Source: Solirubrobacterales bacterium
GTDB taxonomy: Bacteria; Actinomycetota; Thermoleophilia; Solirubrobacterales; 70-9
DNA: 64,000 bases
NCBI GenBank assembly: GCA_036265715.1
Contig: DATAON010000030.1
Coordinates: 7,593 to 71,592 of the forward strand
Direction of reading: 5' to 3'
Shown piece after piece: positions 38,166 through 47,132 of the stretch. The position numbers and the translations under genes were made by a program. The notes under the pieces are model-generated. The model ran no database searches and was not told where the DNA came from. It saw only the letters and a program-made list of their open reading frames with translations. The stretch's first letter is position 1; each line of letters opens with the position of its first letter.

Positions 38166-39083
38166 ATGAGAGTGCTCGTGGGTTTCGACGGCAGCGACGG
38201 CGCCCGAGACGCGGTCAAGCTGGCCCGGTCCTTTTGCGCCTCCAAGGACGACGAAGTGCTCTTGGTCAACGTCGTGGCGCTCGGGATGCCGCTCCCAGTC
38301 TCCTACCGCCTGCTCAGCGCCAGCGAGTCGGCCGAGGCCCGCGAGCTCTTCCTTGAGCCGCGCAAGACGCTCGCCGATCGCACCGTGCAAACGCGCACCT
38401 ACGCAAGCGACTCGCCGACCCACGTCATCGCAGACATCACCGAGAGCGGCGACGTCGACTTGGTCGTCGTCGGCTCCCCCCACCGCGGCCCCGTCGGTCG
38501 AACCGTGCTCGGAAGCGTGGCCGAGGGCCTGCTGCATGGATCGTCGGTCCCGATCGCCGTCGCCCCCCGCGGTTATGCGGACCGAGGGCCGGATCGGTTC
38601 GAGGTGATCGCGGTCGCCTACGACGGCAGCGCGGAGTCGAGGCTCGCCCTCAGGAACGCCGAGGCGATAGCCGGCTCGAGCGGCGCCAAGATCCGGGTCC
38701 TCACCGTCTTCGCCCCGGCCGTGCCGATGCCGTCCGCCTTCGGCTACCCACCTCCCCTGGACTTCGACGTCGAGGGGCTGATCGCGGAGGCGCTCGGCTC
38801 GATCGACCCCGGCATCGAGGCTGAAGCCGACCGCCTCGCCGGAGCGCCGGCCAGCGCGCTCGCCGATGCGTGCGAGACCGGCGTCGACATTCTTCTCGCC
38901 GGCTCCCGCGGCTACGGGGTCCTGGGCCGCGTCTTCGTCGGCTCGGTGACCTCGGCCTTGATCTGCAAGGCGCCCTGCCCGGTCCTCGTCATCCCCCGCT
39001 GCCGCGTCACCACGGGGGATCCACACGCAGACCCGGCCCGCCAAGCCGAGCAGCAAGTGCCCGGCGCCGGGAGCAGGGCATGA
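38166..39083 (+). CDS. Universal stress protein, tandem USP domains
   Basis: VVGSPHRGPVGRTVLGSV and LAGSRGYGVLGRVFVGSV ATP-binding-type blocks. Confidence 0.85.
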   Translation: MRVLVGFDGSDGARDAVKLARSFCASKDDEVLLVNVVALGMPLPVSYRLLSASESAEARELFLEPRKTLADRTVQTRTYASDSPTHVIADITESGDVDLVVVGSPHRGPVGRTVLGSVAEGLLHGSSVPIAVAPRGYADRGPDRFEVIAVAYDGSAESRLALRNAEAIAGSSGAKIRVLTVFAPAVPMPSAFGYPPPLDFDVEGLIAEALGSIDPGIEAEADRLAGAPASALADACETGVDILLAGSRGYGVLGRVFVGSVTSALICKAPCPVLVIPRCRVTTGDPHADPARQAEQQVPGAGSRA

Positions 39084-39403
39084 ACAAGGAGCTCGAATGT
39101 CCGCGCTGCCGCGCGAGCGAGAGGGCGACCTCGCCCACGTCGGTGGCCCCGGCCGAAGACCTGGCTCGCGAGGCGGGAGCGAGGATCGAGCTCATCGTCG
39201 CCGAGGACCCGGTGGTGAGTGCCGTGGAAGCTGATTTCGCCTGGGACGCACCGCGCTCCACGAGAGACGTGCTGGAGGCTGGGCTCGCCTCGGTGGTCGC
39301 CGGCTCGCGGCGACCGCTGGACCGCTTCCTGCTCGGCTCGGTCACCAAGGAGCTGATCACCGTCTCCTCCTGCCCTGTCCTCGTCGGTCCCTGCGCGGAG
39401 TAG
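39080..39403 (+). CDS. Short USP-domain fragment protein (C-terminal half of a USP domain)
   Basis: 107 aa. ATGA overlap with the upstream stop. Ends with VAGSRRPLDRFLLGSVTKELITVSSCPVLV. The N-terminal strand and helix of a USP domain are missing. It begins MNKELECPRC. Confidence 0.5.
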   Translation: MNKELECPRCRASERATSPTSVAPAEDLAREAGARIELIVAEDPVVSAVEADFAWDAPRSTRDVLEAGLASVVAGSRRPLDRFLLGSVTKELITVSSCPVLVGPCAE

Positions 39404-39410
39404 GCCGACC

Positions 39411-40208
39411 GTGTACCGGAAGATCCTCGTCGGCTACGTGGACACCGCGCAGGGTCGCGAGGCGCTGGCGTTGGGGCGGATCCTCGCCACAGCCAGCGAG
39501 GCCGAGCTGAAGATCATCACGGCCCCCGACGATCATGGCGAGGACCTCGCCCACTTGGCGCGCGCCGAAGAAGCTGACCTCGTCGTGCTCGGCTCCACGC
39601 ACCGCGGACCGATCGGCCGGGTGATCCCCGGCGCGACGGTCGAGCGGTTGCTCGGCCATCCACCTTGCGCGGTCGCCGTCGCGCCTCCCGGCTTCGGCCG
39701 CAGCGAGGACGGCGACTCGGGCTGGCGGCCCCTCAGCGGTGACGTCGACGATCCGGGGCTGCGCGTCATCGGCGTCGCCTACGACGGGTCCGGCGCCGCC
39801 GAGGAGGCGCTGAAGACCGCGGTTGACCTCGCAATCCCCAACCGGGCCGCACTTCGGGTCTACACCGTGGCCCGGAAGTTCCCGCACGTGCCCGGCGCGA
39901 ACGGGGACAGTCGAGGCCCCGGCGTCCCGACCGAAGCCGAGGTGCTGCGCGGAATGCTCCACGAAGCCGTCGCCGAGCTTCCCTCGGAGGCGCGGGCCCT
40001 GCCTGTCTTCATGCGGGGCTTCGCCGACGACATGGTCATCGAGGCCGTCGAGACCGGCGTCGACCTGCTGGTGCTCGGCTCCAGGGCGGGCGGCCCGCTA
40101 CGGCGAAAGGCCCACCACAGCATCACCAGCTCGGTGATCCAGCGGGCCTGCTGCCCGGTGCTGATCGCCCCGAGCGGCATCAAGACCCCCGAAGCTGCCC
40201 TGGCGTAG
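39411..40208 (+). CDS. Universal stress protein, tandem USP domains
   Basis: VLGSTHRGPIGRVIPGAT and VLGSRAGGPLRRKAHHSITSSV blocks. GTG start. Confidence 0.85.
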   Translation: MYRKILVGYVDTAQGREALALGRILATASEAELKIITAPDDHGEDLAHLARAEEADLVVLGSTHRGPIGRVIPGATVERLLGHPPCAVAVAPPGFGRSEDGDSGWRPLSGDVDDPGLRVIGVAYDGSGAAEEALKTAVDLAIPNRAALRVYTVARKFPHVPGANGDSRGPGVPTEAEVLRGMLHEAVAELPSEARALPVFMRGFADDMVIEAVETGVDLLVLGSRAGGPLRRKAHHSITSSVIQRACCPVLIAPSGIKTPEAALA

Positions 40209-40213
40209 CGCCG

Positions 40214-42586
40214 GTGGCTGCTTTACTCGCGGAGATGTCCGAGTTGACGGAGGCTGAGCTCGATGGCCTGGTGGCCTACTGGGAGGCTGCCAACTACCTC
40301 ACCGTCGCCCAGATCTACCTGCAGGACAACGCCCTGCTGCGCGAGCCGCTGCGCCCTGAGCACATCAAGCCGCGCCTGCTGGGCCACTGGGGCACCTCGC
40401 CGGGGCTGAATCTGGTCTACGCGCAGCTCAACCGACTGATCCGCGAGACCGGCCAGGAGGCTCTCTATGTCGCCGGCCCCGGGCACGGCGGCCCCGCGCT
40501 CGTCGCCAACGTCTACCTGGAGGGGACCTACTCGGAGATTTACCCCGAGGTCTCCGCCGACGCAGCCGGACTGCGCCGCCTGGTCCGTCAGTTCTCGACG
40601 CCGGGCGGGATTCCGAGCCACGTCAGCGTGCCGACGCCCGGGTCGATCCACGAGGGCGGCGAGCTCGGCTACGCGCTGGTCCACGCCTTCGGTGCCGCCT
40701 TCGACAATCCCGACCTCCTCGTCGCCTGCGTGATCGGCGACGGCGAGGCTGAGACCGCACCGCTGGAGGGGTCGTGGAAGGGAGTGCGCTTCCTCAACCC
40801 CGCCCGCGACGGCGCCGTGCTGCCGATCCTGCACCTGAACGAGAACAAGATCTCCGGGCCGACCGTCCTCGGCCGGGCCCCGGAGGACGAGATCCGGCAG
40901 TTGCTCGCCGGGCACGGCTATGAGTGCCGCTTCGTCAGCGGCTCCGAGCCACGCCAGGTCCACGCCGACTTCGCCGCCACCCTGGCCGAGTGCCGGGCGA
41001 GGATCGCGACGATCCAAGAGGACGCCCGCTCCGGCCGCGGCGCCGGGCGAGCGCGCTGGCCGGCGATCGTGCTGCGCACGCCGAAGGGCTGGACCGGCCC
41101 GGTCGAGGTCGACGGCAAGAAGGTCGAGGGCACCTTCCGCGCCCATCAGGTTCCGCTCGGTGCCGTCCGCGAGAGCCCCGCCCATCTGGCGATGCTCGAG
41201 GAGTGGATGCGCAGCTACCGGCCCGAGGAGCGCTTCGACGAGGACGGCCGACTCGTGCCGGAGCTGGCGGCGCTCAGCCCCGACGGTGAGAAGCGGATGG
41301 GCGCGAGCCCGCACGCCAACGGTGGCCGCCTGCTCGTGCCGCTGGAGATCCCCGACCCGTCCGCCTACGCGCTCACGGTTGGGGCGCCTGGCAGCTCGAG
41401 GGCAGAATCGACCAGGCAGCTCGGTGAGCTTGTGCGGGACCTCTACCGCGCCAACCCCGACAACTTCCGCCTCTTCTGCCCCGACGAGACCAACTCCAAC
41501 CGACTCGGCGCCGTCTTCGAGGCCTCCGACCGCTGCCTGATGGACGCCCGCCCCGAGGACGAGAAGGTCTCCCCTGCGGGCCGGGTGATGGAGGTGCTCT
41601 CCGAGCACAACTGCCAGGGCTGGCTGGAGGGCTACACGCTCAGCGGCCGCCACGGGATCTTCGCCACCTACGAGGCCTTCGCGATGGTCTCCGCCTCGAT
41701 GGCGATCCAGCACACGAAGTGGCTGGAGGAGATGCGCCGCCTCGCCTGGCGCGCCCCGGTCGCCTCGCTCAACGTCCTTCTCACCTCGACCTGCTGGCGC
41801 AACGACCACAACGGCTTCAGTCACCAGGGACCCGGCCTGATCGACACGATGATCTCCCTGCGCGGCGAGGTCGTCCGTGTCTACCTGCCGCCGGATGCCA
41901 ACTGCCTGCTCGCCGTCGCCGAGCACTGCCTGCGCAGCCGCGACTACGTCAACCTGATCGTCGAGGACAAGCAGCCGCAGTTGCAGTACCTGGAGCTCGA
42001 GGAGGCCCGCGCGCATGCCGCTCGCGGCGCCTCGCGCTGGAGCTGGGCGAGCAGCGACGAGGAGGGCGATCCCGACGTGGTCCTCGGCTGCGCGGGAGAC
42101 GTCCCCACTCAGGAGACCCTCGCCGCCGCCTGGCTGCTGCGCCGGCACACGCCCGAGCTGCGAGTGCGGGTCGTCAACGTGATCGACCTGATGGTCCTCT
42201 TTCCGCGCGAAGTCCATCCCCACGGCCTTAAGGAGGAGCGCTTCGTGGAGCTCTTCGGTCGCGACGTGGAGGTCGTCTTCGCCTTCCACGGCTACGCCCG
42301 GGCCCTGCACCAGCTGCTCCACGGGCGCCCCCATCCGGGCCGCTTCCATGTTCGCGGCTTCAACGAGCAGGGCACGACGACGACCCCCTTCGACATGGTC
42401 GTGATGAACCGGATGAGCCGCTACGACCTGGCCATGGAGGCGCTGCGTCGAGCCAAGCGTGAGGCGCCCGGAGCCGACGCGCTCCGAGCGCACTGCGAGG
42501 AGATGCTCGCCCGCCACCACGATTACGTGCGCGAGCGCCTGGAGGACATACCCGAGGTCCGCGACTGGACCTGGGAGCCTTTCTGA
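40214..42586 (+). CDS. xfp: Xylulose-5-phosphate/fructose-6-phosphate phosphoketolase
   Basis: 790 aa with blocks GHWGTSPG, EGGELGY, GDGEAETAP, CWRNDHNGFSHQ. Confidence 0.95.
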   Translation: MAALLAEMSELTEAELDGLVAYWEAANYLTVAQIYLQDNALLREPLRPEHIKPRLLGHWGTSPGLNLVYAQLNRLIRETGQEALYVAGPGHGGPALVANVYLEGTYSEIYPEVSADAAGLRRLVRQFSTPGGIPSHVSVPTPGSIHEGGELGYALVHAFGAAFDNPDLLVACVIGDGEAETAPLEGSWKGVRFLNPARDGAVLPILHLNENKISGPTVLGRAPEDEIRQLLAGHGYECRFVSGSEPRQVHADFAATLAECRARIATIQEDARSGRGAGRARWPAIVLRTPKGWTGPVEVDGKKVEGTFRAHQVPLGAVRESPAHLAMLEEWMRSYRPEERFDEDGRLVPELAALSPDGEKRMGASPHANGGRLLVPLEIPDPSAYALTVGAPGSSRAESTRQLGELVRDLYRANPDNFRLFCPDETNSNRLGAVFEASDRCLMDARPEDEKVSPAGRVMEVLSEHNCQGWLEGYTLSGRHGIFATYEAFAMVSASMAIQHTKWLEEMRRLAWRAPVASLNVLLTSTCWRNDHNGFSHQGPGLIDTMISLRGEVVRVYLPPDANCLLAVAEHCLRSRDYVNLIVEDKQPQLQYLELEEARAHAARGASRWSWASSDEEGDPDVVLGCAGDVPTQETLAAAWLLRRHTPELRVRVVNVIDLMVLFPREVHPHGLKEERFVELFGRDVEVVFAFHGYARALHQLLHGRPHPGRFHVRGFNEQGTTTTPFDMVVMNRMSRYDLAMEALRRAKREAPGADALRAHCEEMLARHHDYVRERLEDIPEVRDWTWEPF

Positions 42587-42587
42587 G

Positions 42588-43709
42588 GTGGCGCCGCCGA
42601 CCGGCCGCATCCTCACCGTCAACGCCGGTTCCTCGAGCCTGAAGCTGCGGATCCTCGACGCCGATGATCGGATCGTCAGCTCACGCGATTGCGGCCCCGT
42701 CCAAGGGCAGGAGGAACTGAGCAACGAGCTCGCCGCGATCCTGGCCGAAGGGGGCACGGTCGATGCCGCCGGCCACCGCGTCGTCCACGGCGGGCCCGAG
42801 CACGCCGGCCCGGCGCTCCTCGATGCGAGCGTCGAGGAGGAGCTGGGACGACTCGCCGACCTCGCCCCGCTCCACAACCCGCCCGCCCTGGACGCGATCC
42901 GCGCGCTGAAGGCGGAGCTACCCGGACTGCCCAACGTCGCCTGCTTCGACACCGCCTTCCACGCCCAGATGCCGGCGGCGGCTTCGACCTACGCGGTGCC
43001 GGAGGCCTGGAGAGAGCGCTGGCCGCTGCGCCGACTCGGCTTCCACGGCCTCTCCAACGCCTACGCCAGCCGCCGCGCGGCGGAGCTGCTCGGCCGCCCG
43101 CTCGCCGGCCTGCGCATGGTCATCGCCCACCTCGGCTCCGGCGCCTCGCTCTGCGCGGTCGTCGGCGGCCGCTCACTCGACACGACGATGGGCTTCACCC
43201 CGCTCGAGGGCTTGGTCATGGCGACCCGCTCGGGCTCCGTCGATCCCGGGCTGCTGCTCTGGGTCCAGCGCCACGGCGAGATCGACGCCGAGGAGATGGA
43301 GCGGGCGCTGGACCGCGAGTCCGGCCTGCTCGCCCTCTCCGGGCGCTCGGGCGACATGCGCGAGGTGCTGGCCGGTGCCGGCGCCGGAGACGAGCGCTGC
43401 CGCCTCGCCTTCAACGCCTACTGTCACCGCCTGGTCGCGGGGATCGCCGCGATGGCGGCGGCAAGCGGTGGCCTCGACGCCCTCGTCTTCACCGGCGGCG
43501 TCGGCGAGCACATCCCGGAGGTCCGCGCGGCCGCCGCGGCCGGGGCCGCGTTCCTCGGCGTCGACCTCGATCTCGCCCGTAACGACGACTACGGCGGCGG
43601 TGACGCGATTCTCTCCCCCGCCGGCGCCCCGATCGCGACCATGGCGGTCACCGCCCGCGAGGACCTGGAGATCGCCCGCGGGGTGCGCGACCTGCTTTCC
43701 AAGCGCTAG
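42588..43709 (+). CDS. ackA: Acetate kinase
   Basis: ILTVNAGSSSLK, HRVVHGG, AHLGSGAS. GTG start (residue 44 of the track ORF) 1 nt after the xfp stop. Confidence 0.9.
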   Translation: MAPPTGRILTVNAGSSSLKLRILDADDRIVSSRDCGPVQGQEELSNELAAILAEGGTVDAAGHRVVHGGPEHAGPALLDASVEEELGRLADLAPLHNPPALDAIRALKAELPGLPNVACFDTAFHAQMPAAASTYAVPEAWRERWPLRRLGFHGLSNAYASRRAAELLGRPLAGLRMVIAHLGSGASLCAVVGGRSLDTTMGFTPLEGLVMATRSGSVDPGLLLWVQRHGEIDAEEMERALDRESGLLALSGRSGDMREVLAGAGAGDERCRLAFNAYCHRLVAGIAAMAAASGGLDALVFTGGVGEHIPEVRAAAAAGAAFLGVDLDLARNDDYGGGDAILSPAGAPIATMAVTAREDLEIARGVRDLLSKR

Positions 43710-45232
43710 GCCAGCGCCGTTTCGATTTGATGGCGCCGATCGGCCGACAGCACCGGCCAGTCGGGCGCGTAGGAGAAGACGTCGGCGAGCGGCGCGGACC
43801 CATAACGCCCGGAGACGATCTCGATGTGCTCGGGGGTGACGAGGGCCGGGTGGCGCACGCCGCAGGACCGCACGAGGGCGAGCAGCTCAGCCCGCAGGGC
43901 AACAAGGTAGTTGGCAGCGCGGTGAGACTTCAGCTCCGGGTCCAATCCGTGCATCAGCCAGCGGGACTGGGTTGCCACCCCAGTCGGGCAACGCCCGGTG
44001 TGGCAGCGCTGGGCCTGGATGCAGCCGATCGACATCATCGCCTCGCGGCCGACGTTGATCAGGTCGCAGCCCAGAGCAAAGGCGAACAGCGCCGAGTCGG
44101 GGAAGCCGAGCCTGCCCGCGCCGGCGAACACCACGTCCTCGGCCAACCCTTCGCGCGCGAAGGTGCCGTAGACGCGGGAGAAGCCGAGCTTGAACGGCAG
44201 CGCGACGTGATCCGAGAAGGAAAGCGGCGCGGCGCCGGTGCCGGCCTCGCCGCCGTCGATCGTGACGAAGTCGGGGCCGCCGCCAGTGCTCGCCATGCGC
44301 TCGGCGAGCGCTTGCCAAAACTCGCCCTCGCCGACGGCGGACTTGATCCCCACCGGCAGCCCGGTCTCCGCCGCAATCCGCTCGACGAACTCGATCAGCC
44401 CATCGACGTCGGAGAACTCCGCATGGGCGGGAGGGCTGATGCAGTCGACGCCGACCGGGACGCCCCGGCACTCGGCGATCTCGGGAGTGACCTTCACCGC
44501 TGGCAGCAGACCCCCAAGGCCGGGCTTGGCGCCCTGGGAGAGCTTGATCTCGATCGCCCGCACCGGCGCTTCCTCGACCCGTTCGCGCAGCCGCTCGAGA
44601 CTGAAGCGACCGCGCTCGTCCCGGCACCCGAAATAGCCAGTGCCGATCTGGAAGACGAGCTCGCCCCCGTGGCGGTGCGAGGACGAGATCCCGCCCTCCC
44701 CCGTGTTCTGCAGGCACCCGGCGAGGGCAGCGCCGCGGTTGAGAGCCTCGATCGCGACCGGCGAGAGCGAGCCGAAGCTCATACCCGAAAGGTTCACCAG
44801 CGAGCGCGGGCGAAAGGCGTGGCGGCGCCCGTGCGCGGCGCCCAGGATCTTTGCGGCGGGGACGCTGAAGTCCGGTCCGGCGCCAGGCGCTCCCGCTGCC
44901 GGCTCGGGCGCCGGGAAGGGCGAGTGCTTGATGATCAGAAGGCTGTCAACCGCCTCCATCTCATCGTCGGTCCCGAAGCCGAAGAGGTTTGACTCTGCCT
45001 CCGAGGAGGCCGCGATCCAGCGGCGCTGATCGCGGGAGAAGGGTCGCTCCTCGTTGTTGGAGGTGACGATGTACTGGCGCAGCTCAGGCCCAAACGCCTC
45101 CAGCGCGTAACGAAGATGGCCGACGATCGGGAAGTTGCGAAGGACGGCGCGGCGACGCTGGAGCAGGTCGTAGCCAACCACCCCAGCCAGCGCGACGGCG
45201 AGAGCGCGGGAGCGAGGCGAGCGAAGCATCAC
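43706..45232 (-). CDS. FMN-binding glutamate synthase family protein (GltB domain-2-like)
   Basis: N-terminal TM helix, then NTGEGG, KLSQGAKPGLGGLLP, GGEAGTGAAP blocks. Confidence 0.8.
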   Translation of the reverse strand: MMLRSPRSRALAVALAGVVGYDLLQRRRAVLRNFPIVGHLRYALEAFGPELRQYIVTSNNEERPFSRDQRRWIAASSEAESNLFGFGTDDEMEAVDSLLIIKHSPFPAPEPAAGAPGAGPDFSVPAAKILGAAHGRRHAFRPRSLVNLSGMSFGSLSPVAIEALNRGAALAGCLQNTGEGGISSSHRHGGELVFQIGTGYFGCRDERGRFSLERLRERVEEAPVRAIEIKLSQGAKPGLGGLLPAVKVTPEIAECRGVPVGVDCISPPAHAEFSDVDGLIEFVERIAAETGLPVGIKSAVGEGEFWQALAERMASTGGGPDFVTIDGGEAGTGAAPLSFSDHVALPFKLGFSRVYGTFAREGLAEDVVFAGAGRLGFPDSALFAFALGCDLINVGREAMMSIGCIQAQRCHTGRCPTGVATQSRWLMHGLDPELKSHRAANYLVALRAELLALVRSCGVRHPALVTPEHIEIVSGRYGSAPLADVFSYAPDWPVLSADRRHQIETALA

Positions 45233-45238
45233 GCTCAG

Positions 45239-45244
45239 AGACTA
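45239..45244 (-). promoter_or_regulatory. -10-like TAGTCT, 6 nt upstream of GTG 45232
   Basis: The minus strand reads TAGTCT-ctgagc-GTG. Confidence 0.4.
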
Positions 45245-45326
45245 CGGGGGCCGAGCACAACCTCCAGCGTGGCGGCCGGCTGAAAGCGTGTGGAAGATCC
45301 CGGATGGTCGCTGGCCGGTGCGTCCC

Positions 45327-45332
45327 TACAGT
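45327..45332 (+). promoter_or_regulatory. -10-like TACAGT, 6 nt upstream of ATG 45339
   Basis: TACAGT-ggcgcc-ATG. Confidence 0.4.
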
Positions 45333-45338
45333 GGCGCC

Positions 45339-46271
45339 ATGAAGACCAGGCCAGAGATGCGCTCGCTCCGGTGCGGCTTCGCCGCTTCGTTGATGCTGAT
45401 TGCCGCGCTCGCCATCGCGACCCCGGCTCTCGCCGCGCCTGCAGACGGCCATATCTACTGGACCACGAGATCGGGCGACATCGCCCGAGCCAACCTCGAC
45501 GGGACGGGGGTCAACCGGCAATTCATCGCCGGGGCTGCCGTCTTTCCGAGTGCGATCACGGCATCCGGGCACCACCTCTACTGGGTCGACACCAACCGGG
45601 ACACGATTGGCCGCGCCAACCTCGACGGCACCGGCGTGGACCGAACCTTCCTGAGCTTTCCGAGCGCGCCCTCCGTGTTTCGCCCTCACGACATCGCGAT
45701 CCGCGCGGGTCACATCTATTGGGCGAACTGGAGCGCCTTCATCGGACGCGCCAGGATCGACGGCACGCACGCCCAACTCAAGTTCATCCAGATCAAGGGC
45801 TTCGCTCCCGGGTATCTCGCGGCAGGCGTCCACCACCTTTACTGGACGGGCATCGCTTTCGAAGAGCCCAACGTGATCGGCCGCGCCAAGCTCGATGGCT
45901 CGGGCGTCAAGAACATCTTCATCAGCAGCGAGACCAGCCCCTTCCACGTAGCGGTCGCGGGCAGCCACCTCTACTGGACGACGCCCACGAACGCGATCGT
46001 TCGCGCCAACCTGGACGGTTCGGGGGTGCGGCCGAGGTTCATAACCTCGGCCAAGGGCCAGCCCGGCGGCCTCGCGGTGGGAGGTGGCCGCATCTACTGG
46101 ACGGCCTTGGCGCACTCGTCGACGAACCCCGACGATGACACGCTCCTGGGCCGAATCGGCGACGCCAACCTCGATGGCAAAGGCGTGCGTTGGATCACCG
46201 CGGGCGCCGACGAAGCATCTCCAACGGACATCGCAGTGGTTCCCGGCGCCCCACGTCGGGGCCACCGGTAG
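45339..46271 (+). CDS. Secreted six-bladed YWTD (LDL-receptor class B-like) beta-propeller protein
   Basis: Signal peptide MKTRPEMRSLRCGFAASLMLIAALAIATPALA. Six repeats of (H)LYW/IYW...IGRANLDG(T/S)GV. Start ATG 45339 supported by TACAGT 6 nt upstream. Confidence 0.7.
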   Translation: MKTRPEMRSLRCGFAASLMLIAALAIATPALAAPADGHIYWTTRSGDIARANLDGTGVNRQFIAGAAVFPSAITASGHHLYWVDTNRDTIGRANLDGTGVDRTFLSFPSAPSVFRPHDIAIRAGHIYWANWSAFIGRARIDGTHAQLKFIQIKGFAPGYLAAGVHHLYWTGIAFEEPNVIGRAKLDGSGVKNIFISSETSPFHVAVAGSHLYWTTPTNAIVRANLDGSGVRPRFITSAKGQPGGLAVGGGRIYWTALAHSSTNPDDDTLLGRIGDANLDGKGVRWITAGADEASPTDIAVVPGAPRRGHR

Positions 46272-46276
46272 TCGCA

Positions 46277-46350
46277 CGGGGCAGCCAGGACTCGAACCTG
46301 GAATCGCCGGTTTTGGAGACCGGTGCCTTAGCCAGTTGGGCCACTGCCCC
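46277..46350 (-). tRNA. tRNA-Trp (anticodon CCA)
   Basis: The reverse complement reads GGGGCAG...CCGGT-CTCCAAA-ACCGG...CCAGG-TTCGAGT-CCTGG-CTGCCCC-G. This gives 7-bp acceptor, anticodon and T arms. No CCA is encoded. Confidence 0.85.
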
Positions 46351-46392
46351 AGACGGCGGATCGTAACGAGCGGGAGTGGCTCGCGATTTCAG

Positions 46393-46476
46393 TGCGGGCG
46401 GAGGGACTCGAACCCCCACGGGCCGAAGCCCACCAGGACCTAAACCTGGCGCGTATTCCAATTCCGCCACGCCCGC
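46393..46476 (-). tRNA. tRNA-Leu (anticodon TAG)
   Basis: The reverse complement reads GCGGGCG-TG-GCGGAATTGG...CCAGG-TTTAGGT-CCTGG, then a long variable arm TGGGCTTCGGCCCGT, a TTCGAGT T-loop and CGCCCGC-A. Confidence 0.85.
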
Positions 46477-46536
46477 GTGGCTCGGCCCTATCGGGCCTTA
46501 ACGTGCGGCCAACGCCGCAGCGTCGCTGAGGGATTC

Positions 46537-46542
46537 TATGAT
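46537..46542 (+). promoter_or_regulatory. -10-like TATGAT, 6 nt upstream of ATG 46549
   Basis: TATGAT-cggcgc-ATG. Confidence 0.4.
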
Positions 46543-46548
46543 CGGCGC

Positions 46549-47079
46549 ATGGCAGTGGGAGAGGTCAGGCCGGGTTATGAACTTTGGCGACCGAATCGGC
46601 AGAAAGCCGGCTCGGTCACGACGAAGTTCGTGATCGTGCTTTTGCTGCTCGCGACGGCGGGCGTGGCGGGGCTGATCACGATCGGTGGCTGGTCGCTGCT
46701 GAAGGGCGGCAGCGGCATGGGCCTGGTCTGCGCGATCTACGCGATCCTCTACGCCTTCTTCGCCTTCCTGGTCGCCCGCTGGAGCCGCGGCATCCTGCCG
46801 CTGACGGCGGCGCTCTCGATGATCCTGGCGATCTTCTGCGCGGTCGGGGCCAGCAGCTGGTTCGAACGCGACAAGGCCGGCTTCGACGAGGCGCTGCTGC
46901 CCTCCTCGCTGCTCGGGCTGCTGGTGGTGATCCTCGGGCTCCTCCAGATCGTCCTCATCGTCGCCGCCTTCTACGGCTTCAGCCAGGAGTGGCACGTGGA
47001 GGAGGAGCGCCCGATCGGCTCCGGCGAGAACTACGGCGCCGGCGCCGCCCCCGGCGGCGGCTCCCCGCAGCCGGCCTGA
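46549..47079 (+). CDS. Hypothetical 4-TM membrane protein
   Basis: Four hydrophobic segments and a Gly/Ala/Pro-rich tail. ATG 46549 chosen (TATGAT lies 6 nt upstream). The track start 46477 abuts the tRNA. Confidence 0.55.
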   Translation: MAVGEVRPGYELWRPNRQKAGSVTTKFVIVLLLLATAGVAGLITIGGWSLLKGGSGMGLVCAIYAILYAFFAFLVARWSRGILPLTAALSMILAIFCAVGASSWFERDKAGFDEALLPSSLLGLLVVILGLLQIVLIVAAFYGFSQEWHVEEERPIGSGENYGAGAAPGGGSPQPA

Positions 47080-47132
47080 GCGCCGCTCCCGACTTTGAGC
47101 GGCCTATGGCGCGCTCAAACTCGGAAGCGTGA

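Noticed and set aside
35955-39056. A 1033-aa open reading frame on the minus strand spanning the Nramp-related gene, the ZIP gene and a USP gene.
   Set aside because: Its composition is Arg/Gly/Asp/Pro/Ala-dominated, with no recognisable motifs. It runs antisense or out of frame to three well-supported genes. Long stop-free alternative frames are expected where third codon positions are almost all G/C.
40223-42952. A 909-aa minus-strand ORF antisense to xfp and ackA. Similar cases include 25883..27748 (621 aa), 24625..26106, 28720..30021 and 12309..13874.
   Set aside because: These are the same GC-driven artefact. Each overlaps a gene with unambiguous family motifs on the other strand or in another frame.
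19876-45338. A DevR/DosR-type operator (GGGAC-N-GTCCC-like 20-bp palindrome) in the promoters of the stress island.
   Set aside because: I could not find a recurring palindrome of that type by eye in the eight intergenic regions. This needs computational motif discovery, so no site is reported.
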